Assembly: GCA_964016885.1 (NCBI GenBank)
Contig: CAXHJY010001068.1
Location: forward strand, 1-64,000
Length of the DNA: 64,000 bases
From: Eledone cirrhosa
Taxonomy: Eukaryota
Reading direction: 5' to 3'
Shown: positions 43,778 to 58,840 of the stretch, piece by piece
Layout of the letters: each line of letters opens with the position of its first letter
Numbering within the stretch: the stretch's first letter is position 1
Program-made: the position numbers and the translations under genes
Notes under the pieces: generated by a model
What the model saw: only the letters and a program-made list of their open reading frames with translations
Database searches by the model: none
Told to the model about the DNA's origin: nothing

Positions 43778-44108
43778 GTGGCGAGAATGGCCCGTGTGAA
43801 TGGGCCTACTCTGACCATGCGCCTATAGGCTGGCTAACTTGAGGAGAGGGGTGCTCTCCCTGGGTGCCCTAGAAGCGCAGGGTGGTTCAGGATTGGTGGG
43901 GTACCCGAGTCACCCCAGGGTCGTCCACCCCCTATCGGGGAATTTATTTTGTAATATTTATGCATAGTTTATTTTATATTTTTATATCTTCATTGTTAAA
44001 TTAGTCTTGCCATTGTGCACTTTTACTCGACCTTATTGTAAACCCCCACTGTCCCCGTCTTTGTATTATACCCTACATGTCGGCCCTTGTGGCTAATAAA
44101 TGAAATCA
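43778..44108 (+). mobile_element. 5'-truncated LINE 3' end (L1/Tx1-like)
   Basis: ORF end VARMARVNGPTLTMRL*, GC-rich then T-rich 3' UTR, AATAAA at 44095, embedded in a (TTG/TTA)n tract. The clade call is tentative. Confidence 0.55.
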
Positions 44109-45764
44109 TTGTTATTATTGTTGATGCTGTAGTTGTTAATGACATTTTCTGTATGATTATTTCTTGATGTTCCCTCACTTAACCTATCTATCTATCCATC
44201 AATCTCTCCCTCTCTATGTATGTATCAACATTTTAATTTAATTTAATAAATATATATATATATTTTAATTTTATTTTATTTTATTTTATAAATATATATA
44301 TATGAAAGAAATAGCACTTTCAGGGTACTTTAGAGGAGCAGTGATATGAAAGTGATAAATATAAGACAGACCTGCTTAAAATAAACAAGAAAAACAAGAA
44401 ATATTCACATCAAATATTCATCGTTATATCTCCTCCACTCTGAAATGTGAAATATTTCACATTTCGATTCTGTTTTGCCTTACTATATCTTTATTTCTAT
44501 TTTCTCCTTTCCTCTCATATCCAACTCATTGCTAGTACCCTCTTCTTTTGTATCCCTAAATAAGATCTGAAGTGAGACAAAGTATAAAGGAGAACAATAA
44601 ATAAATAAACTTATCTTATCTATCGTCCCCTAGATTCCCCCTTGTGAAGGATTCTCTGTACTGTGCTTTAGTTCCTTCAACAGTACATAAAACCTTTATG
44701 ATATCAACAACATAAAAAGCAGAATATTGTCTGTCTTTCGACCAGTATACTTGGGACATAAATTAATTACAGGAACAAGAGGAAATAAAGAGACAAGCAC
44801 GTAAAACAGAACGATCTTAGACTTTCTGCCCTTATATTCCCATGAGGATTAGAAACAAATAAAAAAAAATCCCAACAAGCATTGAAGACAAGCAAGACAG
44901 ATTTTCTAAAAATAAAAGTCGATGAATGAAATATAGCTTGTGACGATTCTCATAAAAGATTTCATCAAAATGTATTAAGTAGGTTTGAAATAGCTATAGG
45001 CCTTATATTTGTATGTTGATTCCGGCCAAAAACCCTTGCACGAAAAAAATTAACAATCGTGAAACAGCCGTGACAGAGGAGACAAAAGCACAACGATCAC
45101 GATTTGAGTGGGTCGGAAGCTTGGCTGGGACAATATATTGACTAAAGTCAGACGAACCGGAAGATAGGGTACTGCTATATTCAACTTCCGCTTCAAGCTA
45201 GAAAATTGTCGGTAACAACAAAGGACAGCAAAAATAAAAAGTGACAACTATCTCCCGAGGGCTTGCACTGTGACGGTATTAATGTCAGCTTAATTCACAG
45301 ATTTACAATATACTGTAAAGCTGAAATATAGAGCTTTAGGGGGGGATTTGAGAACGTTTATAACTTGACAAGTACATTCTTTGATATAATAACGATATAT
45401 TTGAAAGAATTTTAAAGATAAAATAATGTCAGTCATCAACCTTGACCCTCTTCCGTTACTCCTTATAATTTTATTTATTTCTACTTTTATTACATTTATT
45501 CATTTAAAATCCTATCCTATTTTTGTTTCATTCATATTAAATCATATCGCTCTGTCTCCTCCTTAACAGCTTCTTTCTCTTCCACTACCTCTTTCCTCTT
45601 TTCTATTTTGTATTTTAGGGAGTTCCCGTAGAAGCAAAAATAAGTATTATCTATTCATTTCAATGTATTCTCAATTTATTTCAATGTTGAGAGAAAACTT
45701 CAGCTTCTCCTCCTCCATCAGCATCATCATCATCTCGTCCTCCATCTCCATCATCATCTTCTTC

Positions 45765-45995
45765 GACCACTTATTCTTGAGAGGGTCGTGCAGGCAGAGT
45801 CCTCAAACACTCCTTCCAGTGAGTCCTGTCAGAAGCAACTATCTCCAACTAATCCGGCTGGATCCTTAAGCATAACCAGCCAAGTTCATGGATTTTAACC
45901 AAACATCTTGCTCCCCAGGGTCTACCTCTGGGTCCTCTGCCGGTTGGTTTTGCTCGTAAAATCTATCCAGCGATTCCTTCCTGAGACATTCTAAC
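45765..45995 (-). mobile_element. RTE-clade LINE 3' end (decayed)
   Basis: Minus-strand translation RMSQE..ILRAKPTGRGPRGRP..ASDRTHWK matches the G.R.RGRP..W / A.DR..W C-terminus of RTE ORFs; short (GAT)n tail. Confidence 0.75.
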
Positions 45996-46669
45996 CAAAT
46001 TCTTCAACATATATGTAACCACAGAAAATAAAAGGCCATGAACGAATCATATTTAGTTATTTTCGAACGAAGGCGGCTCTGTGTACATATATAATGTTGG
46101 GGTTTATAACACTACTGGAAAACTGCATCTGCATTTACATCATTGATGGTGGGTTTTAAATTAGCTAAAGTTCACTGGCATACGATGCTACGAGATTCGG
46201 AGGATTCCATTGTCCACACATCATATCCTAGAGTCCATGAAGTATAAAAAGATGTGCAGGAAACGGAGACTTTCTTGGAAATAAAAATGAGCTGAAACGA
46301 ACATTGAACAAATAGATATGTCATCGATATAACAAAGGAAGGCGAGAAAGGTTAACAGAAGAGATTCGTCATATTGAAGAGGTTTAATAAGAGGATAGAT
46401 TAAAGAGTGACAATTAAGTCAGTCGTAGATTGAATTTCGACGAATAAGGCAGCATGAGAAAAAGGGGAAAATATATTGTATTGAACAAGATGTAGAAAAT
46501 AGGACCAGTTGGGCTGCAATTCCTCCTGGGAGCAATTTTTGGTGTACCCTAATTCCCAGCCAGGCCAATATTAGGCTGTAGAGATGGGTTGACACTGCTA
46601 AATGTCATCGGGTGGAGGTTATGTATCATTGGAACATATTTTAGGTGTTTTGTCAGATAATATCGATGC

Positions 46670-46945
46670 CAATGGTCCCCGCACTGCCGATTTTCTGCGC
46701 AAAATCGAAAAGACAGCAGCCCACCTAAGGAAGGAACTCCGTGAGGCAGGGCCACTAGCCATTCTCCGAGGCAATGCCTTCGCTATTCTGTCTGCGGGGC
46801 ACGGCCGAATCACCACTCAGACTGGGGTATAGAGTTTGACTCTTCCCCACTCTCTCCCTTTCGTTTCATAATTCTTTTCGTTTATTTTTCTTCTTTCCCT
46901 TTCCTTTGTCTCATTTAAATATTATTCATTAATTGTAAATAATAT
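46670..46945 (+). mobile_element. CRE-like (restriction-like endonuclease) non-LTR retrotransposon 3' fragment
   Basis: GPRTADFLRKIEKTAAHLRKELREAG..LAILRGNAFAILSA matches the RLE C-terminal G...FL..I...LA+.RGNA signature; homologous to 59231-59335. Confidence 0.72.
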
Positions 46946-47307
46946 ATTAGTTATTGTTATACTTTGGGAGGGTCATGCTGCCAATAAAAACCCACGCACC
47001 TGTTGGTTTTCACTTCAATTTAGCATGACCCTCCCAAAGTATAACACTATCTGTTTCAACACACGTTTTCAGATAAGGAATCTCGCAAAAAAAATTCAAA
47101 AATGAATATATTAGTTATTATAAACGTCTTTCTTTTCTGTATATTTCTATGGTAATAAATCGATCAAATTAAAATTAATTAAAGTATACAGGCCCTAGTT
47201 AACGCCACATTTGTATAGATATCAAATACATGTCTGAAATGTATTAACATATATACATTTAGATGTACTAATAAACATTTCAATCAGTTAATAGAAACTA
47301 ATAATAA

Positions 47308-47493
47308 TTGTTTCTCCTTTTGGCACAAGGCCAGCAATTATGCCAGTGTATTACTGGTACTTTGCTTTTCATCCTTACGGGGTCGATAAAATAAAGTTAA
47401 CCTTGGCGGGATTTTAACTCAGATCATAAAGGGCCATAACACTATGCTGCAAAGAATGGCGTCCGACCCTCTACTGATACTGTCAATCCACCA
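47308..47493 (-). mobile_element. SINE family 1 with internal micro-inversion
   Basis: Segment 47364-47392 is in + orientation inside a minus-strand copy. Confidence 0.9.
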
Positions 47494-47555
47494 TAATATA
47501 GAGTATCCAATAATAAAGTATCTTAATGACATTAATGAATATATATTCTCAGATC

Positions 47556-47682
47556 CCTTTACGATCTGAGTTCAAATCCCACTGAGGTTGACTTTGCTTT
47601 TCATCCTTACGGGGTCGATAAAATAAAGTACCAGTAATGCACTGGGTAATTGCTGGCCTTGTGCCAAAAGTAGAAACAATTT
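47556..47682 (+). mobile_element. SINE family 1, 5'-truncated
   Basis: Family consensus. Confidence 0.92.
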
Positions 47683-48058
47683 ATTCTTGAAGTTTCACGT
47701 GTATATTCTGTAAATGAAAAGTAATCAATAAAATTATATATTTTATATACTTCATTATAGTATATTATAATGTGATATAATATATGATGTAATATAATGA
47801 AATATAATATATTATAGTATATTATGATGTAATATAATGTGATATAATATATTAAATGTGTGAGTGTATGAAATGAGAGTGAGAGAGCAACATACAGCGT
47901 ATATTCATTGCACAGACTAACGTACACACTTGTATGTATGTATGTATGTATGTATGTATGTATGTATGTATGTATGTATGTATGTATGTATGTATGTATG
48001 TATGTATGTATGTATGTATGTATGTATGTATGTATGTATGTATGTATGTATGTATGTA

Positions 48059-48090
<32 letters not shown>

Positions 48091-48155
48091 AATAAATATA
48101 TATACAAAATATGTATTCATACATTCAGAATAACTTAAGAATCCAAATGTGTAAT

Positions 48156-48191
<36 letters not shown>

Positions 48192-48388
48192 CACGTGTGT
48201 GTGGGTGTATATATACAGGTGTGTGTGTGTGTGTGTTCGTGTATAGACAATCACCCAGCGAAAGTAAAAGGGGCAGCATAAAATAAATGATACATATTTT
48301 AAAAATATGTTGGGAACTCAAATTAACACTAATTGTGGAATATAGAGGCGTGTGCATCGGAATATTGTAGAGTCCTAATGTTAGTAAT

Positions 48389-48478
<90 letters not shown>

Positions 48479-48488
48479 AAATATACAA

Positions 48489-48530
<42 letters not shown>

Positions 48531-48707
48531 ATGCGCGTAAAATATATATGTACGAATGTATGCATGTATGAATGTACGTATGTATGTATGTACGTATGTA
48601 TGTATACATTTATTTATATATATATATATATATATACACACACATACGAGATATACATGTATATCTGCATACATGTATGTACGTAGATATGTATGTACGT
48701 ATGCATG

Positions 48708-48758
<51 letters not shown>

Positions 48759-48972
48759 CATTTATATATGTATATAGTTTTTGAAAAACTATTGCTCTTG
48801 TACTTAAATTCAACTAATCATTTGGTAAATTCATATGTACGTATGCACATGCATGTATACATTTATATGCAAATGTCTATGCATATATATGCATGTATAA
48901 TTATATATATATATATATATTTATGCACATATACACACACATATGTATATATATATACACACACACAAACAC

Positions 48973-49010
<38 letters not shown>

Positions 49011-49074
49011 CTATATGTATGTAAGCATTACGTATAGATATAGATATAGCTTTATAATGAAGAGGCGGCAACTA

Positions 49075-51455
49075 ACTCCGCCGCCGCCACCACCACCACC
49101 AACACCATCACCACCACCATCACCACCACCACCACCACCACCATCACCTCCATATATTTAACAAAAAGAAAACTATTTAAAAATTGTTAGACATTAACAA
49201 ACTCTCCAAAAATCAACCCCACACCACATACCACCTACCACTACCACCAATACCACCTCTATCGTCAATACCATCAGCACAGCCTCCACCACTGCCGTTA
49301 CTACAACACCAACATACCGCCCTTCACCACAACAACCCGTCACTACCATCAACTACCACCACAACATACACCACTACCATCACCACTACCATCACCACTA
49401 CTACTAGAACCACTGCCACTAACCCCACTACCACCACAACACCCTATACCACCCAACACTACCACCATCATCCCCACTACTACCACCACTACTACCACTA
49501 CCACTACCACCACCACCACCAATACCACCACCACTATTACCACCACAACACCCACCACCACTACCATCACAACACCACCATCACAACACCACCATCACTA
49601 CTACCACCACCAATACCACCACAACACCCAATACTACCACCACCACCACCACCACTTCCACGACCCACCACCATCATCATCCCCACCACCACTGCTACCA
49701 CTACCATCACAACACCACCATCACTGCTACCACCACAACACCACCATCACTGCTACCACCACAACAGCCACCACCACCACAACACCCACCACCACCACCA
49801 CCACCACTACTACCACCACCACCACAACACCCACCACCACCACCACACCACCTCAACCAACTTTGTTATTTACATTGGAATATTTTGACGATTTTTTAAA
49901 ATTTTTGAAGACAACTAAAAAAAAAAAATATGTCTATAAAATGAAACAATTGAAATCTAAAAGAATATATTTAACAATTCAATTTATTTCTAAAATTCCA
50001 AGAATCTCTGTTGAAATATATTTATTATAAAAAAAAAATGGTAGCAAAAAATTAAGAAAGAAAGAAAAAGCAACATGGTGTCTCCGCCCCTTAAAAAATA
50101 TCTAATGTTTAAATAACAGATTATTACGACTGCGTAAATGTTGTTGTTACTGTTATTGTTGCAGTTATTGCAGTTGTTTTCGTTATTGTTGGTGCAGTTA
50201 TTGCTGTTGTTGTTTTCGTCGTTGTTGGTGCAGTTGTTGTTTTTGTTGTTGGTGCAGTTAATGCTGTTGTTTTCGTCGTTGTTGGTGCAGTTGTTTTTGT
50301 TGTTGGTGCAGTTAATACTGTTGTTTTCGTCGTTGTTGGTGCAGTTATTGCTGCTGTTGTTGTTCATGTTGTTGGTGTAGTTATTGCTGTTGTTGTTTTC
50401 TTTGTTGTTGTTGGTGCAGTTATTTTTTTTTTTTCGCTATTGTTGGTGCAGTTATAGTTGTTGTTAATGTTACAGTTTTCGTAGTTGTAGCGGTTGATAT
50501 TTTTGTTGTTTTTGTTGCTGTTGTTGTTGGTGCAGTTGTTGCTGTAGCTTTTGTTGTTGTTGTAGCTTTTGTTGTTGCTGATATTATAGTTTTCATAGTT
50601 ATAGCGGTTTTTTTGCTGCAGTTCTTGCTGTTGTAGTTTTCGTAGTTATAGCTGTTTTTGTTGTTGCTGTTATTGTGGCTGTTTTTGTTACTGTTGTTAT
50701 TGTTATTGTTCTTGTTATTATTGTTAATGTTCTTGTTATTGCTGCTGCTGTTGTTGTTTTTGTAGTTCTTGTTCATATTGTACATTGGTGTTTTTGTTTT
50801 AAATACTTTATTCACTTCACTTCACATTCTATCTAATATATTTATTGAACATTTATTTAGCTTTTTCCTTCTTAATTGCCCATCTTCTTGTTGCTGTTAC
50901 CATTCTTGTTGTTGTTGCTGTTGTTGTTGTTACCATTCTTGTTGTTGTTACTATTGCTCTTCTTCGTTTTGACTTTTGTTGTTTGTGCAGCATTTTCTGT
51001 TGTTGTTTCTCTTATTGTTGTCCATTTTTCTGGCACATGTTTCACTTCTGTTGTTGTTGTTGTTGTTGTTGTTGCACTAATTATATTTGGCGTTTAATTT
51101 CTTTAAAATGTTCCTGCGCAATTCGACATTTCTATTGGTATATGTCATAGAATTATTGTCTTTATGTTTTTGGAATTGTTTGTAATGCCAATGTGGATGA
51201 TGATGTTTATGATGACGACGATGATGTTTATGATGACGACGACGATGTTTATGACGATGATGTTGTTTATGATGATGATGATGTCGATGATGTTTATGCT
51301 GACGACGATGATTATGCTGACGACGATGATGTTTATGATGATGATGATAATGATGATGATGATAATGATGTTTATGATGATGATGATAATGATGTTTATG
51401 ATGATGATGATAATGATGTTTATGATGATGATGATGTTTATAATGATGATAGTGA
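49075..51455. repeat. series of degenerate trinucleotide tracts: (ACC)n, (TTG)n, (GAT)n
   Basis: Tracts at 49075-49855, 50140-51075 and 51197-51455. Confidence 0.92.
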
Positions 51456-52249
51456 AGCTGCTGCTGATGTGACAGTGGAAACTGATTGTTATAATCAGGA
51501 ATTATGTTATCAAAGGTTATTCTTATCAAAATTAGTGGCTCCTTAAACATAGAATATTGTTATATCCGCTGCTAATATTGTCGGCCATTTATCGTTACCT
51601 AATAAAGGCGATCCTGTTATTGGTTTCCACTGTAGAAATGATGACTATGTAGGTAATGATGGTGGTGACAAAGATGAGGATAATGTGAATGATAATCTCT
51701 TTCTCATGGAATTCTAGTGGGGCTAGGGGCCTCGTTTGCCTTAAAAATGTGAGGGGGACAAACCAACATTGGTTGATTTTTAAAGGAGCATAAATTGCTT
51801 ATGGTGACTTTCCCGGACCCTATCACATAAGTAACATTTAACACTAATTAAATTTTATATATTCAAATGAAGTTCAGATATTTAAAAAATAAGCTTAAAA
51901 AGAATTTATTATATCAAATAAACAAAAAATAAAGCATAGACATTTGAAAAAGTGGGGTGGGGGTCGACTTATCCCCTGGTACCCGCTGAAACAAGGCCTT
52001 TGAGTGGGGCAATATACAAAGGTGACTTTCCGTTGCTTTCCTTCCGATCTTTGTTTAAAATACACCACTTTTATCATCTACCTAAGCACTTAGATCATAA
52101 AATAATCTGGAAGAGACTCCACAAAACCTTATGTGCAGCACCCAAACAGTTTCGCCAATATCTACCTCATCTACCTCATGATTTAAAATGTTCTTTCCTT
52201 TTGTTCTTTCCCTTTGATTCGTTTTCGATTTCGTACTATCTCATATTAA

Positions 52250-52552
52250 TTGGTAGTATCGGGAGAGGGTCGGACTCCATGCTTTGCAGCAAAGAGTTAC
52301 GGCCTTTTATGGTCTGATCTTCAAATCCCGCCGAGATTTAACCTTGTCTTTCATCCTTACGGGGTCGATAAAATAAAGTACCAGCAACGTACTGGGTAAT
52401 TTGCTGGCCTTGTGCCAAAAGTAGAAACAATTAAATGGATGAAAGACAAAGATGATCTCGGCGGGATTTGAACTCAGAGAGGAAAGATCCGGAACGACTA
52501 TTTGCAGAGCATTCATTTCCGAAGTTCTAACGACTTTGCCAATTCGCCGCCT
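52250..52552. mobile_element. SINE family 1 (+, 52250-52432) tail-to-tail with a divergent-subfamily head (-, 52437-52552)
   Basis: The second copy reads ggcggcgaattggcaaagtcgttagaac...ctgagttcaaatcccgccgag on the minus strand. Confidence 0.88.
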
Positions 52553-52967
52553 ACATAATAGTTATAGAGATAGGCAAAGGAACAAACATATTTAGCAAAG
52601 AGAAACAAATACGAGGAGAAAAAAATACATTTAGATTCAAAACTCACCAAATCACAAAACAACTCATCACATTTATTCCTGTAGCAAACCTTCCTTCCCC
52701 ATGTATATTGATAAATAAATCGATGTATTACTATAAACATATCTACCACATGCAGTTACATGCATATATATACATAGAGGGATACATACATACAGTATAT
52801 ATATATATACATACAAACAAACATACAGTATACATATATACATATACAAACATACATACAGTATACATATATACATACACACAGTATACATACACACAGT
52901 ATACATATATATACCTACACACGCACACACATATATATACACACACACAAATAAATAAATATATATA

Positions 52968-53044
52968 CAGAGTGTCCCTCAAAATGTATACACTTATTTA
53001 TTAGAATGCTGTTGAAGTGTGTAAACATTTTTTGGGACACCCTG
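52968..53044. mobile_element. ~80-bp Tc1/mariner-like MITE
   Basis: TIRs cag(a/g)gtgtccc..aaaatgt / acattttttgggacaccctg with left TA flank; homologues at 62942-63034 and 63431-63513. Confidence 0.75.
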
Positions 53045-53570
53045 TTTATGTATATATATACACTTATATATACATTATATATATATATATATATATACAC
53101 TCACACACACACACATATATATATGTGTGTGTGTGAGTGTGTATATATATATATATATAATGTATATATAAGTGAATATATATATATATATATATAATGT
53201 ATATATAAGTGAATTTATATATATATATATATATAATGTATATATATAAGTGAATTTATATATATATATATATATAATGTATATATATAAGTGAATATAT
53301 ATATATATATATTAGTTCATCAAATCAGATTCACAATTGCCCACAGTACCACCCATCTCCCCAAAATTATAACATACTGATTTATATTTGTAAGCAGACA
53401 TTTTTTATTTAAATATAAATTGTAGGTATGAAACATTTTATATCTCTTTATATTTTCATGTCAATTTATGTGTGTGAGTGGATGTGTATGTGTGTGAGTG
53501 GATGTGTATGTGTGTGAGTGGATGTGTGTGTGTGTGTGAGTGGATGTGTGTGTGTGCGCGCACATGTCTG

Positions 53571-53605
<35 letters not shown>

Positions 53606-54731
53606 GCATATATACACATATATATATATCATATATACACATATATACACAGATATATATACATATATACACATATATATACATATACACACATATATAT
53701 ACATATACACACATATATATACACATATACACACATATATATACACATATACACACATATATATATACACATATATATACATATACATATATATACACAT
53801 ATACATACATATAAATATATATACATATACACATATACATACATATAAATATACATACACATATACATACATATAAATACATATACATATACACACATAT
53901 ACATACATATAAATATACATACACACACACATACATACATATAAATATATATACATATACACACATACATACATATAAATATATATACATATACATAGAT
54001 ACATACATATAAATATATATACATATACATAGATACATACATATAAATATATATACATATACATAGATACATACATATATATATACATACATATATACAC
54101 ATACATACATACACACATATACATATACACATACACACACACATACCCACACACACACATATACACATACACACACACACATATATATACACATAACTTG
54201 AACGTGTTGTATTTTTGGTGACGGTAAATGTTTTTGATTTCTTATATTTGTCTAAGAATTTTTTTCCTTTTACTCGGTTTTTTTTTGGGGGGGGGGGGGG
54301 GGGACTTCATTTTATTTTATCTTCCATCTTTATTTTTATCTTCCTTTCATTGAGAGGAGGGACCAAGTTAGTTATGAATTTCTTCTGATGTATTTTGTGT
54401 TATATATTGTATTTTTAATACTTTTCTTATTATTTTATTTTTATTATTATTAGTAATAGTAGTAACTTTACTGTTTTTGTTGTTATTGCTAATATTTTTA
54501 TTAATGTCAATATTCATTATATTATAATTTTACTTCATGTTGTTGTTCTTCTTCTTATTTTAAAATGATATCTATTAAAAAATACACCATCATCATTTCT
54601 AATGTTCTCCCCTTTGTCTTCATTATCATCACCAGCAGCAATGTCAGCATCACAATACTCAGAATCAAAACATTTGTGACAGTAACAACAATTTTGAGGA
54701 CACTAAGCCAAATAAATTACTGTATAATAAT

Positions 54732-54920
54732 TATTTCTACTTTTTGGCACAAGGCCAGCAATTATCCCAGTGCATTACTGGTACTTTATTTTATCGACCC
54801 TGTAAGGATGAAAGGCAAAGCTAACCTCAGTGGGATTTGAACTCAGAACGTAAAGGGACGTAAGTAACTATATGCCACAAAGCTTTCGAACGATCAACCA
54901 ATACTGCCAATCCACTGCCC
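54732..54920 (-). mobile_element. SINE family 1
   Basis: Family consensus. Confidence 0.9.
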
Positions 54921-55138
54921 TAAGCAGATCTATAATGAAAGGTGCTGCAGCTGTAGATCTTCCGCTAATTTTATATACATATATTGTTAAGGGAATGGTT
55001 CGTTATTTAAGGGAGTAGGTTATCAGTCTAAATTAATACTTACAGATGAAGCTCTTACTGTGTAGTATCTAAACTTGGAGACAACATGAAGAACGTTGAG
55101 CTTCCTTCTCTGGCTATGCCATAGAAAAGTTTACTTAA

Positions 55139-55341
55139 CCCTTTAGCAATTAAACCGGCCGTGTACGGCCAGACTTCTCACCCATTTCTGTTCAAACTGG
55201 CCGAAACTGGCCATTTATACTGATGCTAAGGTATTGTTCTCAAATAAATAATATCAAAATCTCAGATTCGATATTATGTAAGATAAAAGCTTTACTGTGA
55301 AACTACAATAGTATATATAGAGTACTGTAAATACGAAAGGG
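55139..55341. mobile_element. piggyBac-like MITE
   Basis: TTAA-ccctttagcaattaaa ... tgtaaatacgaaaggg-TTAA: TTAA TSD with imperfect CCCTTT TIRs. Confidence 0.65.
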
Positions 55342-55406
55342 TTAACGTGAGAATTTTATTACTTCACTTTATTGACTAGATAATTATCGTAACTAGAAAT
55401 ATAATT

Positions 55407-55588
55407 GTTTCTACTTTTTTGGCACAAGGCCAGCAATTAACCAGTACATTACTGGTACTTTATTTTATCGACCCCGTAAAGATGAAAGGCAAAGTGAACC
55501 TCGGCGGGATTTGAACTGAGACCGCAAAGGGACGTAACTATGCGGGAAAGCATGGCGTCCGACTCTCTACCGATACTGTCAATCCACC
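55407..55588 (-). mobile_element. SINE family 1
   Basis: 16-bp TSD aactagaaatataatt at 55391-55406 and 55589-55604. Confidence 0.95.
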
Positions 55589-55639
55589 AACTAGAAATAT
55601 AATTTTTGTCAACATTCGGTAGTCACCAGCCCTACATAG

Positions 55640-55862
55640 ATGTGAACTCATACACTCACACATACATACTCCGCTCCCCCTGGACAGGACGACAGTCCAT
55701 CACAGGGTTAAACCGTTCAGCTATTGCTGTTACTAATTTTCAGCTAAGTGTACTGGAGCAACGTGTAAAGAAGTGTTTTGAACACGCAACCCAGTGCTGG
55801 AATCGAACCCACGACATTATGATCGTAAGTCCAACACGCCCACCACTAGGCCACACGCCTCC
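55640..55862 (-). mobile_element. tRNA-derived SINE related to family 2, with a different 3' half
   Basis: Minus-strand A box tggcctagtgg and B box ggttcgattcc, followed by ccctgtgatggactgtcgtcctgtccagggg. Confidence 0.78.
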
Positions 55863-56016
55863 TCCTACCTCGTCGTCGTCTTGTTTTCCATCAATTAACA
55901 CAACTTTTACCTCCGCCATTAGATATATCTTTTTATATTACATGTTAGTTACTCCCCCTTTCTGTTTCCTCCCCCTCCTACTTCACTTTCTCTCTCTCTT
56001 ACAGTTTATATATGTA

Positions 56017-56053
<37 letters not shown>

Positions 56054-56166
56054 ATGGATATATATATATATATGTTTGAATATATATATATGTATGAATA
56101 TATAATATATATATATATATATATATGTTTGTATGGATGTATATATATATATATATGTATGTATAA

Positions 56167-56200
<34 letters not shown>

Positions 56201-56231
56201 TCATATATGTTTGTGTGGATATATATTTTTG

Positions 56232-56274
<43 letters not shown>

Positions 56275-56380
56275 ATATATATATATATATATATCTTTGT
56301 ATGAATATATATGTTTGTATGGATATATATATATATATATGTTTGTATGGATATATATATATATATGTATATATATATGT

Positions 56381-56415
<35 letters not shown>

Positions 56416-56496
56416 GTTTGAATATATATATATGTTTGTATGGATATATATATATATATATATATGTATGTATATATATATATATGTATGTATATA

Positions 56497-56550
<54 letters not shown>

Positions 56551-56689
56551 AATATATATATATGTATGAATATATATATATATGTATGTATATATATATA
56601 TATATATGTTTGTATGGATGTATATATATATATGTTTGTATGGATGTATATATATATATGTTTGTATGTATATATATGTTTGTACGCAA

Positions 56690-56778
<89 letters not shown>

Positions 56779-57583
56779 TTTATTCGTTAAATGATGCGAA
56801 AATTGAAATTTAAACAATTTTTAAGGGGCGGGGGTGGGGGGATGTCTCCCGCCCTTTTCTTTAATCTTAATTTTCTTCTCTTTACTTTAATTCATATTAC
56901 TGTCACTATGACTACCATGTTTCATGTTGTATAGAGTAGTAGTAGTAGTAGTAGTAGTAGTAATAGTAGTCGTAATGGTGGTAGTAATGGCGGTTGAAGT
57001 GGTGTTGCTTATGATGGTGATGGTGCTGGTAGTAATGGTGTTGACGGTGATGGTGGTGGTAGTGGTGTTGCTTAGGATGGTGATGGTGGTGGTGTTGCTT
57101 AGGATGGTGATGGTGGTGGTGTTGGTGGTGTTATGGTAGTGATGATGGTGGTGATGTGTGGGTGTTGGTGGTGATGATGATGCTAGTGGTGCTGTTGGTG
57201 TTGATGGTGGTGGTGGTGGTGATGTTGGTGGTGATGTTGGTAGTGATGTTGGTGATGGTGATGGTGTTAGTAGTGTTATGGTAGTGGTGATAGTGGTGAT
57301 GTGTTGGTGTTGGTGGTGATGCTAGTGGTGCTGTTGGTGATGGTGGTGGTGGTGATGTTGAGGGTGATGGTGGTGATGTTGAGGGTGATGGTGGTGATGT
57401 TGGTAGTGATGATGTTGGTGGTGTTACGGTGGTGATGGGCTTCTTACTTGTTAATAACCGTTATGACGTGCTTTCATCCTAAAACAATTCCAAATGCTTT
57501 CTTATATCACTAAAAAGTTATATTTCACAAAATTAAATAATATAATAATAACAATAATTATAATTCGTTCAAAACTCACGTGT

Positions 57584-57633
<50 letters not shown>

Positions 57634-57910
57634 ATGTGTGTGTGTACACGCAAAACATAGTTGAATTAAATAGAAAAATATAAATAGAAAATTAAATATT
57701 ATAAATGAAAATAAATCTAAAGAAACTTTTTTTTCCTTTGAATATTTTACATTATACTTTTCGAAAAACTTACTTTTAACACCCAGCTCCCCGGCATTAA
57801 TTTCTTGTAAAGATAAAGAGAGTAATAAGGATGTGTGGGGCCGGTGGTAGTGGTGGTGGTGGTACGGGTTAGATGAGAGAAGAAAGATGAAAAGAGAGCG
57901 TGAGAGAGAA

Positions 57911-57945
<35 letters not shown>

Positions 57946-57985
57946 TGAGATAGAGATATATTTAAGAAACTAGACGAGGTATGGT

Positions 57986-58045
<60 letters not shown>

Positions 58046-58616
58046 AGATATATTTAAGAAACTAGACGAGGTTTGGTAAAAGGAAAGGAGATGAGACAGA
58101 AAAAGAGAAAAGAGAGAACAAGAAAGAAAATGAAAGAAGATAGAAGATCTGAGAGATAATTGCTGGGGCTTTTGTCTTATAATTTTTCTTAACATAGTCC
58201 CATCTTCATTAACGATGTAAAACTTATTATTTTATTCAACTTTCTAGAGAATTCTAACACTTTTTTTTTTATTATTTTGATTTCCAGTTTTCTTTGGTTT
58301 CTGCTATTTTATATATTTATTTTTTTATTTTATTTTAAGCTGTATTTATTTTATTTTATTTCAAATTCATCTAAAGTCGTTAAAAGTGCTCCAGCAAGAT
58401 ATTTGCTTTACACTGATTTATAGTTATGGTATTAAAAATATAGGTGTTGGTGTACATGAGATGATGAAGTATAGTGATGTATCTATGTAGGCGGTAGGAA
58501 ATCTGAGAGGTGAGTGAGTGGAAGACTAGGGACAATCTGTTTTTTAAGGCCATTCTTAGTTATTTCACTTTCGCAGTTAGTTTAGTTGGGAAAGGCATGG
58601 TTAAATACAACATTTC

Positions 58617-58649
<33 letters not shown>

Positions 58650-58653
<4 letters not shown>

Positions 58654-58840
58654 AACAGAGACACACACAAACACAGGGCCACACACACAGAGGAACAGAT
58701 TCACACAGACACAGGGCCACACACACAGAGGAACAGATTCACACACAAACACAGGGCCACACACACAGAGGAACAGATTCACACAGACACAGGGCCACAC
58801 AGACACACACACAGGAACAGATTCACACAGACACACACAC
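58650..58840 (+). repeat. ~40-bp tandem repeat, ~4.5 copies
   Basis: Unit acacagggccacacacacagaggaacagattcacaca(g/c)a. Confidence 0.9.
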
